Virus record (IMG/VR): IMGVR_UViG_3300022936_000191
Span: 1 to 36,771 of that record
Strand: one strand, 5' to 3'
Origin: a virus
Taxonomy: Duplodnaviria > Caudoviricetes
Length of the DNA: 36,771 bases
In this document: positions 27,864 to 35,701 of the stretch, in pieces
Layout: each line of letters begins with the position of its first letter
Numbering within the stretch: the first letter of the stretch is position 1
Made by a program: the position numbers and the translations under genes
Notes under the pieces: model-generated
What the model was told of the DNA's origin: nothing
What the model saw: only the letters and a program-made list of their open reading frames with translations
Databases searched by the model: none

Positions 27864-27900
27864 AACTTATAAAATAAATATTTACTTCACAATAGTACCA

Positions 27901-27946
27901 TAAACAATCCATCTTTCCAAAAGTTTCTTTTCCAGCGAAATATATA
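27901..27946 (+). promoter_or_regulatory. TAAACAATCCAT-N26-AATATATA element (copy B)
   Basis: 12-mer 27901-27912, 8-mer 27939-27946; ATG at 27951. Confidence 0.65.
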
Positions 27947-27950
27947 TTGT

Positions 27951-28535
27951 ATGGAAAAAATAACTTGCAAATTTAAAGAATCTTCATACAAAGAAAGACT
28001 TGCATTCAAGAACTGGAGAAATTTATATAACCTATTCCCTGAATCAGAATGGACGGTTCTAATCACTCCTTATGATGGTTCTGATGTGTATGATGTATTA
28101 GTTCAGAATCGTTCGTATAAACGCATTATAATAGAAATTAAAGTTCGTGGTGAACTTGCTACACAAAAAGGAATTGAAGAAGGATTTTTTTATGAATCTA
28201 AAAAACATAAATCTTTAACCGACCTGAAAGATTTAGATCCCGATAACAATACTATTATGTACATAAACTTTACCACGAAAGGTACTTATGTATGGAATAT
28301 AAACAAAATAGAATTAAAGTCTATAAAACGTGAAATGAATAAAGCAACTATGAATAGTAATGATAAAGTAAACAAGTCAGTGTATTTGCTAGATGTTGCT
28401 GATGCAAAATTTTATTCATATGTATATGATGATTTACAATATTGGAATGATACAGTAAATGTAGATAAAGCAGTTAGATTAAGTAAAACCTGTAGGGGTG
28501 GATATGTAAATATGTTGCTACCGTGGGAGGTATAA
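27951..28535 (+). CDS. PD-(D/E)XK superfamily nuclease
   Basis: E...YDVLV...IIEIKVR catalytic pattern. Confidence 0.75.
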   Translation: MEKITCKFKESSYKERLAFKNWRNLYNLFPESEWTVLITPYDGSDVYDVLVQNRSYKRIIIEIKVRGELATQKGIEEGFFYESKKHKSLTDLKDLDPDNNTIMYINFTTKGTYVWNINKIELKSIKREMNKATMNSNDKVNKSVYLLDVADAKFYSYVYDDLQYWNDTVNVDKAVRLSKTCRGGYVNMLLPWEV

Positions 28536-28663
28536 AATAATATATAATGTTATGGAAAATGATATGTATATTAAAGTTAAAAACTTTGTACGAAATTTAT
28601 ATTGGTTAGAGAATTATGCTATAACTATATTAAATAGAAAATAAAAAATAAATAATTTGTTTA

Positions 28664-28951
28664 ATGGATATAATTAGTAATGTAAGAAAAATGTATAAAG
28701 ATACGAATTACAACGTATGTGTATTGTACACAAGTTATGATATATATAAGCAAATGATTAAAGAAAATCTTATAACTAATTATTTGGATTATCAATTGAT
28801 AGATAACATTATTATCGAACCTTTATATTTACCAAATCAGTATATGGTGATGGATAAAGTTGAAGATAAAAAAATAATTAAAACTATTTTAATTAGAACT
28901 GCAGAAATTAGAGACCAAAAAATAAACAGTATATTAAATGGGAGCGTTTAA
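28664..28951 (+). CDS. Hypothetical protein with C-terminal RDxKI tag
   Basis: Ends AEIRDQKINSILNGSV. Confidence 0.7.
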   Translation: MDIISNVRKMYKDTNYNVCVLYTSYDIYKQMIKENLITNYLDYQLIDNIIIEPLYLPNQYMVMDKVEDKKIIKTILIRTAEIRDQKINSILNGSV

Positions 28952-29066
28952 GAATGACCAGAATTATCAGATATATAATAAGCATTCAACTAAAACATTA
29001 TTAGCAAAGATTGCTGAACTTGAAAAAGAATTGGAGGAGTTGAAAGAAAAAAAGGATAAGGAATAA
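28938..29066 (+). CDS. Small 42-aa coiled-coil protein (not in ORF track): MGAFKNDQNY...LLAKIAELEKELEELKEKKDKE
   Basis: Overlaps the upstream gene; clear heptads; ends at a terminator. Confidence 0.6.
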   Translation: MGAFKNDQNYQIYNKHSTKTLLAKIAELEKELEELKEKKDKE

Positions 29067-29068
29067 AT

Positions 29069-29093
29069 AAAAAAAGCAGGGGTGAACCCTGCT
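29069..29093 (-). terminator. Intrinsic terminator (U-tract on minus strand; possibly bidirectional)
   Basis: agcaggg/ccctgct stem preceded by an A7 run on +. Confidence 0.75.
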
Positions 29094-29101
29094 CTAATCT
29101 T

Positions 29102-29173
29102 TTACATTAAAAACCACCCAGTGATGGTCAGGGTAAACTTGAACTTACCTCGCTGGAATTTTAAAACAATCAT
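29102..29173 (-). CDS. 23-aa peptide MIVLKFQRGKFKFTLTITGWFLM
   Basis: Between a perfect Bacteroidetes -7 promoter and a terminator; A/T-rich leader. Confidence 0.5.
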   Translation of the reverse strand: MIVLKFQRGKFKFTLTITGWFLM

Positions 29174-29262
29174 AAAAAACTTTTTTTAAGTTAAACAATA
29201 ATGTGTTGTAATTTTCACGTTATCATTTTTTATCTATTCATTGTTTTAAGGGATTGGTACTA

Positions 29263-29270
29263 CAAATATA
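29263..29270 (-). promoter_or_regulatory. Bacteroidetes primary-sigma -7 element TATATTTG
   Basis: caaatata on + = TAnnTTTG consensus on the minus strand. Confidence 0.6.
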
Positions 29271-29409
29271 GTGATACATCTTTCTATTTCAATAGTTTAC
29301 TTATCAACAATAAATCAACTTATAAACACACTCGTTAAATTTAAAGCGTTTTAAGCAATCCTTTTTAATATAGATGTAAGTGAATATGAATAATGTGGTA
29401 TAATCTGTT

Positions 29410-29434
29410 AGGTCGCTTTGTGGTGGGTGTGGTG
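29410..29434 (-). repeat. Inverted repeat left (25 bp)
   Basis: aggtcgctttgtggtgggtgtggtg; reverse complement matches 31364-31388 at 24/25. Confidence 0.9.
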
Positions 29435-29576
29435 AGATAGTATATAATAACTTTATTACAAATAGTTCTAAACTTATCTAGTATTTCTGCATATAATAGC
29501 ATAACTATAAAGAATCCAGTGTTTTAAAAAGCACATTTTCAGGGTAATATATACCATAAAATAAGAACTAAATGAA

Positions 29577-29813
29577 ATGAAAACTAGAAACGAAATAAAA
29601 AATGAACTGATTACTGAAAAGATGCTTCAACTATACCCTGACGGAATACGTAAAGTTAAACATATGTTTGAAGATATTTATGAAATCTGTTATAATGGTA
29701 GAGATTATGCAATAATCTGTAGCAAAGGAAAGTTTGAGATTACAGAAAAAGATATTCAACACCGATTAAGACAAGAGAAAATAAACTGTGTAATAGAGCA
29801 ACTGGGGATTTAA
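29577..29813 (+). CDS. Hypothetical protein with C-terminal RxxKI...QLGI tag
   Basis: Ends HRLRQEKINCVIEQLGI; AATATATA upstream at 29546-29553. Confidence 0.75.
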   Translation: MKTRNEIKNELITEKMLQLYPDGIRKVKHMFEDIYEICYNGRDYAIICSKGKFEITEKDIQHRLRQEKINCVIEQLGI

Positions 29814-29828
29814 CCAGTTGCTTTTTTT
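29797..29828 (+). terminator. Intrinsic terminator overlapping the QLGI-stop codons
   Basis: agcaactgg/ccagttgct stem plus T run. Confidence 0.75.
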
Positions 29829-30504
29829 ATTTAAATAATCTGATAGTACTGGTATGCATATAATTCTTTCCTGTAGATGTTTTAAAACCGTTCTGATTAA
29901 GCATATTGGTAATTTGTGTGTAGTTCATACCGTTGTTGTATAGGACTGCTGCAAATGCTTTTGCTTTTTTCAGGTTAGGATTCTGTAGTTTCTTTTCTTT
30001 TATCGCTGCTACACCCATTAAACGGTGTTCTTCTTTCATTTCAGATTTACCCAGTGATGTAATGGTGTTACCTGCTTTACTGATGTGGTAACCATCACGT
30101 TTAATATTTTGTTTGATAGCATCCAGTGCTGCTTTGGTTCTATCCTGAATCATTTCTAATTCACGTTGTGCTAATGCAGCAAAAATATGTATAGTAAATG
30201 AATCAGCATTTGGTAAATCTATTGCACGAAATTGTACTTTAGTATCCATCAACTGGGATATAAACGATACGTTACGCGATAACCTGTCTAGTTTCGCTAT
30301 AAGCAATATTGCATCATTCTTTTTAGCACACTCAATTGCATTAGTTAATTCTATTCTGTTGCTTTTACTACCTGATTCTTTTTCGGTGTAGTATTCTATT
30401 ACTGTATCATTAGGTTGCAAGAACTTCTGAATGATATTTAACTGTGCATCTAACCCCAAATCTTGGTCAATGGTAGATACTCTAACATACGCTACATATT
30501 TCAT
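29827..30504 (-). CDS. Serine recombinase (resolvase/invertase family)
   Basis: YVRVST catalytic Ser, KLDRLSR, ALAQRELEMIQDRTK; C-terminal LNQNGFKTSTGK DNA-binding segment. Confidence 0.93.
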   Translation of the reverse strand: MKYVAYVRVSTIDQDLGLDAQLNIIQKFLQPNDTVIEYYTEKESGSKSNRIELTNAIECAKKNDAILLIAKLDRLSRNVSFISQLMDTKVQFRAIDLPNADSFTIHIFAALAQRELEMIQDRTKAALDAIKQNIKRDGYHISKAGNTITSLGKSEMKEEHRLMGVAAIKEKKLQNPNLKKAKAFAAVLYNNGMNYTQITNMLNQNGFKTSTGKNYMHTSTIRLFK

Positions 30505-30506
30505 AA

Positions 30507-30686
30507 TTATTTTAGTCTTTTAATTATAGTGAATCCGATATAGATTGTTTCATCAATCTGTAATGCATTTAAAGAATTTATTTCTGCATCAGTTAGTGGT
30601 TCAATATCATCTGCTGTATTGATGGTAATAAATTCTGATAGTGTAGTTTCAATTTCATCATCAAGTAATAGTATCATATTTTTCAT
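30507..30686 (-). CDS. Small acidic 59-aa protein (not in ORF track): MKNMILLLDDEIETTLSEF...
   Basis: Fills the gap and ends 2 nt before the recombinase start. Confidence 0.65.
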   Translation of the reverse strand: MKNMILLLDDEIETTLSEFITINTADDIEPLTDAEINSLNALQIDETIYIGFTIIKRLK

Positions 30687-30729
30687 AGTAATTATTATAA
30701 TAGATTAAACATTTAGAAAAGTAAGAGGG

Positions 30730-31041
30730 TTAAACCCCCTTACTTTCAATTTCTTCATCAACAATACTTTGTAACATATCAAAATACACATCGTTAATAG
30801 TCTTGGTTACATCATATCTTGCATCTAAGAGACTAACTGTGTACGTGTCATTATATGCTAAGGTTATTAATACATAATGTTTCCAGTGGTGACCATTTAC
30901 TTTTAAAATAACACCACCATTATCTACTGCATAAATGTTTGTAACACCCCAACACCAGTAAATATTGATCGGTGATTTTAATACCATTAAAGTTTCTTTC
31001 AAATCGAAATCGCGTTGTACTAAATGTTTAATCTTGTCCAT
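30730..31041 (-). CDS. Phage hypothetical protein (likely start MDKIK at 31041)
   Basis: WCWG...KVNGHHW...NDTYTV...DVYFD pattern; TATCTTTA promoter-like site at 31067-31074 favours the later start. Confidence 0.7.
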   Translation of the reverse strand: MDKIKHLVQRDFDLKETLMVLKSPINIYWCWGVTNIYAVDNGGVILKVNGHHWKHYVLITLAYNDTYTVSLLDARYDVTKTINDVYFDMLQSIVDEEIESKGV

Positions 31042-31181
31042 TGTTTTTATATCTATTATTATACTGTAAAGATACGGTGGAATAAACATATTACATCGGG
31101 GCGTCAGTGATTTGTTCATACTTAATATCCATTAAATCAGGACTTTGAATAGATCAGATCAATACGTTAAAGTGTGATAAA

Positions 31182-31190
31182 TGTGGATAA
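31182..31190 (-). promoter_or_regulatory. Perfect DnaA box (TTATCCACA)
   Basis: tgtggataa on +. Confidence 0.45.
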
Positions 31191-31363
31191 CTTTAGTGTC
31201 GAAATTAGACCATTTCAAATAATTTCATTATTGAAAGTAGGTTGGAAAAATGTATTGAAATTGTGCCTATTTGTTATTGTTTCAATATCGAAACTTGAAT
31301 TAAAAGCGGTGGTTAAAGTATTAAGTAATTTATACAGGATTCATTACAATTCAATCAGCAACC

Positions 31364-31388
31364 CACCACACCCACCACAAAGCAACCT
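31364..31388 (+). repeat. Inverted repeat right (25 bp), within a CCACCACAA cluster to 31490
   Basis: caccacacccaccacaaagcaacct; further copies at 31421-31436 and 31481-31490. Confidence 0.9.
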
Positions 31389-31607
31389 GTTAAGTTTTGG
31401 TAATTCAATTAGATAATCAGCACCCACCACAAAGCAGATTAATCCTGACTCTTTAAAAGCAGATTTTGGCTGAATAAAGACCACCACAAATCGATAGTAT
31501 CATAAAAAGAATATTGAGTAGTATATTGTTATTAGTTAAAATATGTTAAAAAGAATATTAATAGTAGAAATATAAGAATATTTATTAGGTGGGTAATATC
31601 CGTTCCT

Positions 31608-31615
31608 TACATTTG
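31608..31615 (+). promoter_or_regulatory. Bacteroidetes -7 element TACATTTG
   Basis: Perfect TAnnTTTG 37 nt upstream of ATG 31653. Confidence 0.65.
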
Positions 31616-31652
31616 TATAAGAATTAAATGTATAACATAAAAAATTAAAAGT

Positions 31653-31919
31653 ATGCCTATTAAATTATCTAAAAAAGAAGTAGACACTTTACTTACTAAG
31701 AAAGCAACAGAGAAACCAACTTTATTCCAAAAAGAGATTGCAGAGTTAAAAAGTGGTGAGGGTTTATTTATCCCAGCATCTGAATGGACACTAACGACTA
31801 CTATTACAAATTACTTTAGGTCTAAATACAAAAACCATAAGACTAACCCGCAGGATATAATAGAAGTTAAAAAAGCAACTAATGATGGTGTTGAAGGTCA
31901 CGTTATCAAAAGAAAATAG
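31653..31919 (+). CDS. Small basic protein, possibly DNA-binding
   Basis: 88 aa, own host-type promoter and terminator. Confidence 0.75.
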   Translation: MPIKLSKKEVDTLLTKKATEKPTLFQKEIAELKSGEGLFIPASEWTLTTTITNYFRSKYKNHKTNPQDIIEVKKATNDGVEGHVIKRK

Positions 31920-31936
31920 TCTTTACATACATCGAC

Positions 31937-31969
31937 AAAAAAGCAACTCAAAATCGGGTTGCTTTTTTT
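31937..31969. terminator. Bidirectional intrinsic terminator
   Basis: aaaaaagcaactc/gggttgcttttttt. Confidence 0.8.
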
Positions 31970-31982
31970 GTATCTTTACATT

Positions 31983-32195
31983 ATGAGAGTAGAAGAATTT
32001 TCAAAAACATTAGATAAACTGGAATTAATAAATGTGATTACAAAAAATGGTACTATATCAAGTATATTTACGTTAGCATTATCTTATGCAAGTTATGATG
32101 AAATTAGAGTATATGCTATAGATAATCATTTTAGAGATATTGAAATTCTTCTTAATGATAAAATTAAAAAAAAGATAGTTAATGTTTTAAAATGA
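31983..32195 (+). CDS. Hypothetical protein (likely start MRVEEF)
   Basis: ATG at 31983 after TATCTTTA (31971-31978); the track's TTG start lies within the terminator. Confidence 0.6.
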   Translation: MRVEEFSKTLDKLELINVITKNGTISSIFTLALSYASYDEIRVYAIDNHFRDIEILLNDKIKKKIVNVLK

Positions 32196-32196
32196 A

Positions 32197-33465
32197 TTAA
32201 TAGAAGTGATAGATTCCATTTTTATTAGTTGGTTTAATTCGATCAGTTATAATATATCTTGCAGCATCTATTAAGTGGTTATATTCATCACACGGATTTT
32301 CTCCTTTATCTTTCCAAGAATAGTTATTTAATTCTATAGCGAGGTTTGTAGATGTTCTATCAACAATAAGTTTGTAACCCTGCATCAGTTTTATTCCCTG
32401 GTTAACCGAACCTGCACCTTTTTTACATTGTCTAATATTTACACCGTGGTTTTGCTTTATTTCATCAATTAATCTACCTTCTGAACTATCTGCGATTATT
32501 AGTTTATTACCACATACTTTTTTAAATATCTTCCCTAATTGTGTGGTAGATTTACCTGCTTCATATAGATGTTCTTTTAGATAAATGATTTCATTCTTTT
32601 TATCAATTGCTACTTCTACCAATGTTGACGGGTCATTTTTATACCCCCAGTCGGCACCAAAGAAAGTTTCAACAACATTCAAATCTGTATCTTCTAATAG
32701 TGCAGTAAGTTTAGAATCTCTTACCATTATTAAGGTATCTGGAAAATCTCCAAACTCCCAATTTGTAAATATAACACCTTCTGATTTTTCTAACCATCCA
32801 CCTAAGATTGCGTGGTTGTAATATGCGGGGTTATGTTTCTTATGACGTTCATAAAGTTTTATTGTACTTGCTTCAAGATTTTTTAGGTTGTTTAAATAAG
32901 TAGTGTGTATATAACAAGTATCACCTTTAATACCATTATAACCCTCATTTACATTATTTTCTAAGAAGAATCTTTTATATATCCAGTGAACTTTAGTTGC
33001 TGGATTTAAAACAATCATTACCCTTAAATGTTTATTCTTGTCCCTGATACCTTCATCTATCTTATTGAATAAACTTTCATCACGCAATTCTTCTGCTTCT
33101 TCAAAAACAATAGTTGTAACCCCAGACAGTGATTTCATACGTCCAGTACTTTCACCGGAATTACCTTTAAGACCTTTGAATATAATTGTTGATTTGGATA
33201 ACTTATTTGTTACAACAGTTTTATTAATAGTAAAGTATTCTGATAAATCTAATTCTTCAATTTGCTTGTTTACTTCTGCAATAGTTGAATCATCAGAAGA
33301 GTTCATTGTTAAACGCATTATCATTATTTTATGACCTGCGGTAAATGACAGTTTTAAAAGGAAATGTACTAATGCATAAGATTTACCTGAACCCCTACCA
33401 CCTGTAACTATGGTGTATCTTCCTGTATGTTCAACTAAGGGTTGGTATAATTTGTGTAGTTTCAA
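32197..33465 (-). CDS. terL: Terminase large subunit (PBSX/SPP1-like)
   Basis: Walker A GGRGSGKS, Walker B IVFEEAEE, LNP coupling motif, nuclease GADWG...NHLIDAARY. Confidence 0.95.
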   Translation of the reverse strand: MKLHKLYQPLVEHTGRYTIVTGGRGSGKSYALVHFLLKLSFTAGHKIMIMRLTMNSSDDSTIAEVNKQIEELDLSEYFTINKTVVTNKLSKSTIIFKGLKGNSGESTGRMKSLSGVTTIVFEEAEELRDESLFNKIDEGIRDKNKHLRVMIVLNPATKVHWIYKRFFLENNVNEGYNGIKGDTCYIHTTYLNNLKNLEASTIKLYERHKKHNPAYYNHAILGGWLEKSEGVIFTNWEFGDFPDTLIMVRDSKLTALLEDTDLNVVETFFGADWGYKNDPSTLVEVAIDKKNEIIYLKEHLYEAGKSTTQLGKIFKKVCGNKLIIADSSEGRLIDEIKQNHGVNIRQCKKGAGSVNQGIKLMQGYKLIVDRTSTNLAIELNNYSWKDKGENPCDEYNHLIDAARYIITDRIKPTNKNGIYHFY

Positions 33466-33482
33466 AAATCATTGGACTATTT

Positions 33483-33809
33483 TTATAGGTCAAAATCATC
33501 ATCAAATAAATCATCATCTTCAAAATCGAATTTTAATTTATTTACTAGATCTTTCATTTCTATTGACTGGGTTGTAATAGTGGTATCATTTGTAGTTGAT
33601 ACTTTTGGTTGTCCGTGCAGGTAACCCAGATATAACTTAATCATATCTTTATCACCTTGCATTGCTTTTTCAACCATTATCTGAATTATATCATCATTAT
33701 ATGGAGATAGTTTTTCGGCTAACTTTGTTTCATATGCTTTAGGTTTTCTACCACAACCTTTATTACCACCGTTGTTTCTTCTACCATCTACTTTTTTAGG
33801 TTCAAACAT
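33483..33809 (-). CDS. terS: Terminase small subunit
   Basis: Directly upstream of terL; DGRRNNGG..GRKPK, KAMQGD..., HGQPK. Confidence 0.75.
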   Translation of the reverse strand: MFEPKKVDGRRNNGGNKGCGRKPKAYETKLAEKLSPYNDDIIQIMVEKAMQGDKDMIKLYLGYLHGQPKVSTTNDTTITTQSIEMKDLVNKLKFDFEDDDLFDDDFDL

Positions 33810-33818
33810 TTTTATTAA

Positions 33819-34058
33819 TTATTTTTTTGAAATGAGGTTATACCCATCTATAACTTTCTTATAAATTGATATAAGACTTTTTAAAGTAATCTTTTGGTCA
33901 AGTGTATAACTATCATCAGATATTACATAAGTGCCGATACCAACCACGTATATTAGTTTTACTGCTATTGTAATGTTAGATTCATCATCAACATCTTTTC
34001 GGTACAGAATCAAACCACCTTTATAATAAATCAATCTTGTATTCAGAAAGTACTTCAT
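33819..34058 (-). CDS. Hypothetical protein
   Basis: In a tightly packed operon. Confidence 0.65.
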   Translation of the reverse strand: MKYFLNTRLIYYKGGLILYRKDVDDESNITIAVKLIYVVGIGTYVISDDSYTLDQKITLKSLISIYKKVIDGYNLISKK

Positions 34059-34322
34059 TTATATAATCTCTTTTTCTTGTTTTGATTTTTTATAAGTAAA
34101 TACCCATATCATAATTTTAAAGAATACTAATACATAAATTGATTGTAAGTATGTGGGGTATGGGAGGTGTGCGCATATATCTATCAGTACAAACCCTATC
34201 AGGTATAAGACAGATACATTTATCAATAACCCGATTACTTTTATTAGAAGCGTTAAGAATGCGTTTAAGATTGTAAACCCTACTAAACCTTTTAACTTCC
34301 ATAAATTTTTAATAATCTTCAT
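34059..34322 (-). CDS. Small membrane protein
   Basis: Two to three hydrophobic segments. Confidence 0.65.
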   Translation of the reverse strand: MKIIKNLWKLKGLVGFTILNAFLTLLIKVIGLLINVSVLYLIGFVLIDICAHLPYPTYLQSIYVLVFFKIMIWVFTYKKSKQEKEII

Positions 34323-34494
34323 TCCTTAATATTTTTTTTATTTGCTCATTGCGGTATTCTTCAATCATATCTAACATTATATTTTGCAGGTATAAATTAC
34401 ATTTTTGAAATATAATTTCACGCTCTATATCCTGATAGCAGATTTTCCACGTGTAGTAATTAGATTGCGGGACCATCAGCATTATTATTTTCAA
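34309..34494 (-). CDS. Hypothetical protein with C-terminal RNxQIxxIL tag
   Basis: Ends EEYRNEQIKKILRNEDY. Confidence 0.6.
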   Translation of the reverse strand: MKIIMLMVPQSNYYTWKICYQDIEREIIFQKCNLYLQNIMLDMIEEYRNEQIKKILRNEDY

Positions 34495-34705
34495 GTCTTG
34501 CTTTTAGTATAAGACTTTCTTCATATGCTTTATCCTGTAATAGTGAATATAGGATTGAGTATGTTTGTTCTTCAAATTCAAAGTGCAGGTAATCGGTCAA
34601 TAGATTTTCTTTCTGCTTATAAAACTTTATAAAGTTGTAGTAGTATTTCAAAAGTTCCATATGGAAATACTCCCCATATTTATCTATCTTGTTTAATTCG
34701 TTCAT
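34460..34705 (-). CDS. Hypothetical protein, weak UVR-like motif
   Basis: QDKAYEESLILKARL; ATGA overlap with the upstream gene. Confidence 0.65.
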   Translation of the reverse strand: MNELNKIDKYGEYFHMELLKYYYNFIKFYKQKENLLTDYLHFEFEEQTYSILYSLLQDKAYEESLILKARLENNNADGPAI

Positions 34706-35184
34706 ATGTTTTCATCTATATTTTTTGAGTAGTCAGATATGTAAACAGTCCAAAGTTTTTCACGCATTGAAAGAATTGTTGAAGGACAATTACACACTGC
34801 AACTCTAGTTTTAAATACCTTGTTATATAATGAGAAGATGTAATTTCTATCCATTTCACCGATGCTATTTGCAAATCGAATGCGTTGTAGAAATGCTATT
34901 TCAAATTCATCCAGACCACCCACATTTTTAAGAAATGGAAATATTACATTCAGTTTCTTTCTGCGTTCTTCACACGCTTCACACGATTTAATACCAAAGA
35001 AATTAGTTACCGATTTAATTACATCACCAAGTCCTTCAATCTTATTTTCAGGTTCAGCAACTGGTTCAACAATTGTTTCAGTAATAGGTTCAATTACTTC
35101 TTTAACCTTTCTAACATATTTTCTTTTTGGTTTTTCTTTGGGTTTGGTAACTCTAGGTTTTTTTGATTCTGACATAATCATCAT
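34702..35184 (-). CDS. Cys-rich phage protein (possible Zn-binding)
   Basis: GLGDVIKSVT..GIKSCEACEERRKKLN and CNC motifs. Confidence 0.75.
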   Translation of the reverse strand: MMIMSESKKPRVTKPKEKPKRKYVRKVKEVIEPITETIVEPVAEPENKIEGLGDVIKSVTNFFGIKSCEACEERRKKLNVIFPFLKNVGGLDEFEIAFLQRIRFANSIGEMDRNYIFSLYNKVFKTRVAVCNCPSTILSMREKLWTVYISDYSKNIDENI

Positions 35185-35701
35185 TATATATTTTTTGTAG
35201 TTTAGTCTTAGTAATGACTATAGAACTTTGTAGTATATTAAAGTGAATACCACTTTGTTTTGCAAGTTCACGCAATGACATACCACCGACAATTACTAAT
35301 TTGAATACGGTGTTATGAAACCAATCATCAATACTATTTATCGTATTAAGAAAATCCATTACACCGTGATATATATTAAAACTTGTTGCATCGTTTCGAT
35401 TCTGAACTTGTTCTAATAATCCTACTTCATCAAATGGTAAATCATCTTCTGATTCCTGAATATCAAATTGAATCGGTTTAGAATCTGTTTCAATTTGTTT
35501 TAGGTAAATAGTCTTAAGAGTTTTAAAGATGTAAGACTTGGATAGTTCTTTTTTTGGATATCGTTTAAATAATGCTGTTACTGTTAAATACATTTCAGGA
35601 ACTAAATCTTCTGCTTTGTATTTATCACCAGTAATCTTTACAGCGTATTTAAACCACAATTTACCATCAGTTGATATATCCAACATATTTTTATACTTCA
35701 C
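35153..35701 (-). CDS. ECF-like sigma70-family factor (phage-encoded)
   Basis: Region 2-like YAVKITGDKYKAEDLVPEMYL; region 4 HTH GMSLRELAKQSGIHFNIL. Start uncertain (GTG or the ATG of MLDIS). Confidence 0.8.
   Translation of the reverse strand: MKYKNMLDISTDGKLWFKYAVKITGDKYKAEDLVPEMYLTVTALFKRYPKKELSKSYIFKTLKTIYLKQIETDSKPIQFDIQESEDDLPFDEVGLLEQVQNRNDATSFNIYHGVMDFLNTINSIDDWFHNTVFKLVIVGGMSLRELAKQSGIHFNILQSSIVITKTKLQKIYNDDYVRIKKT

Noticed and set aside
28552-28644. 30-aa ORF MENDMYIKVKNF... after AATATATA
   Set aside because: Plausible but too short and featureless to support as a gene.
31174-31416. 80-aa GTG-start ORF
   Set aside because: Runs through the DnaA box and CCACCAC repeats (PPHPPQ is just the repeat translated); more likely non-coding.
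31350-31590. CRISPR-like mini-array
   Set aside because: Repeats are short, degenerate and irregularly spaced; no cas genes.
198-35200. Antisense or nested ORFs in the track (198-506, 3069-3299, 3729-3938, 4236-4484, 4620-4871, 5809-6030, 7393-7575, 11856-12038, 12187-12375, 14333-14545, 15737-16228, 17386-17574, 19352-19543, 20085-20270, 20539-20808, 21050-21286, 21734-22054, 22491-22676, 22765-22950, 32585-32821, 33038-33334, 34117-34302, 34862-35200)
   Set aside because: Shadows of longer well-supported genes, with non-protein-like composition.
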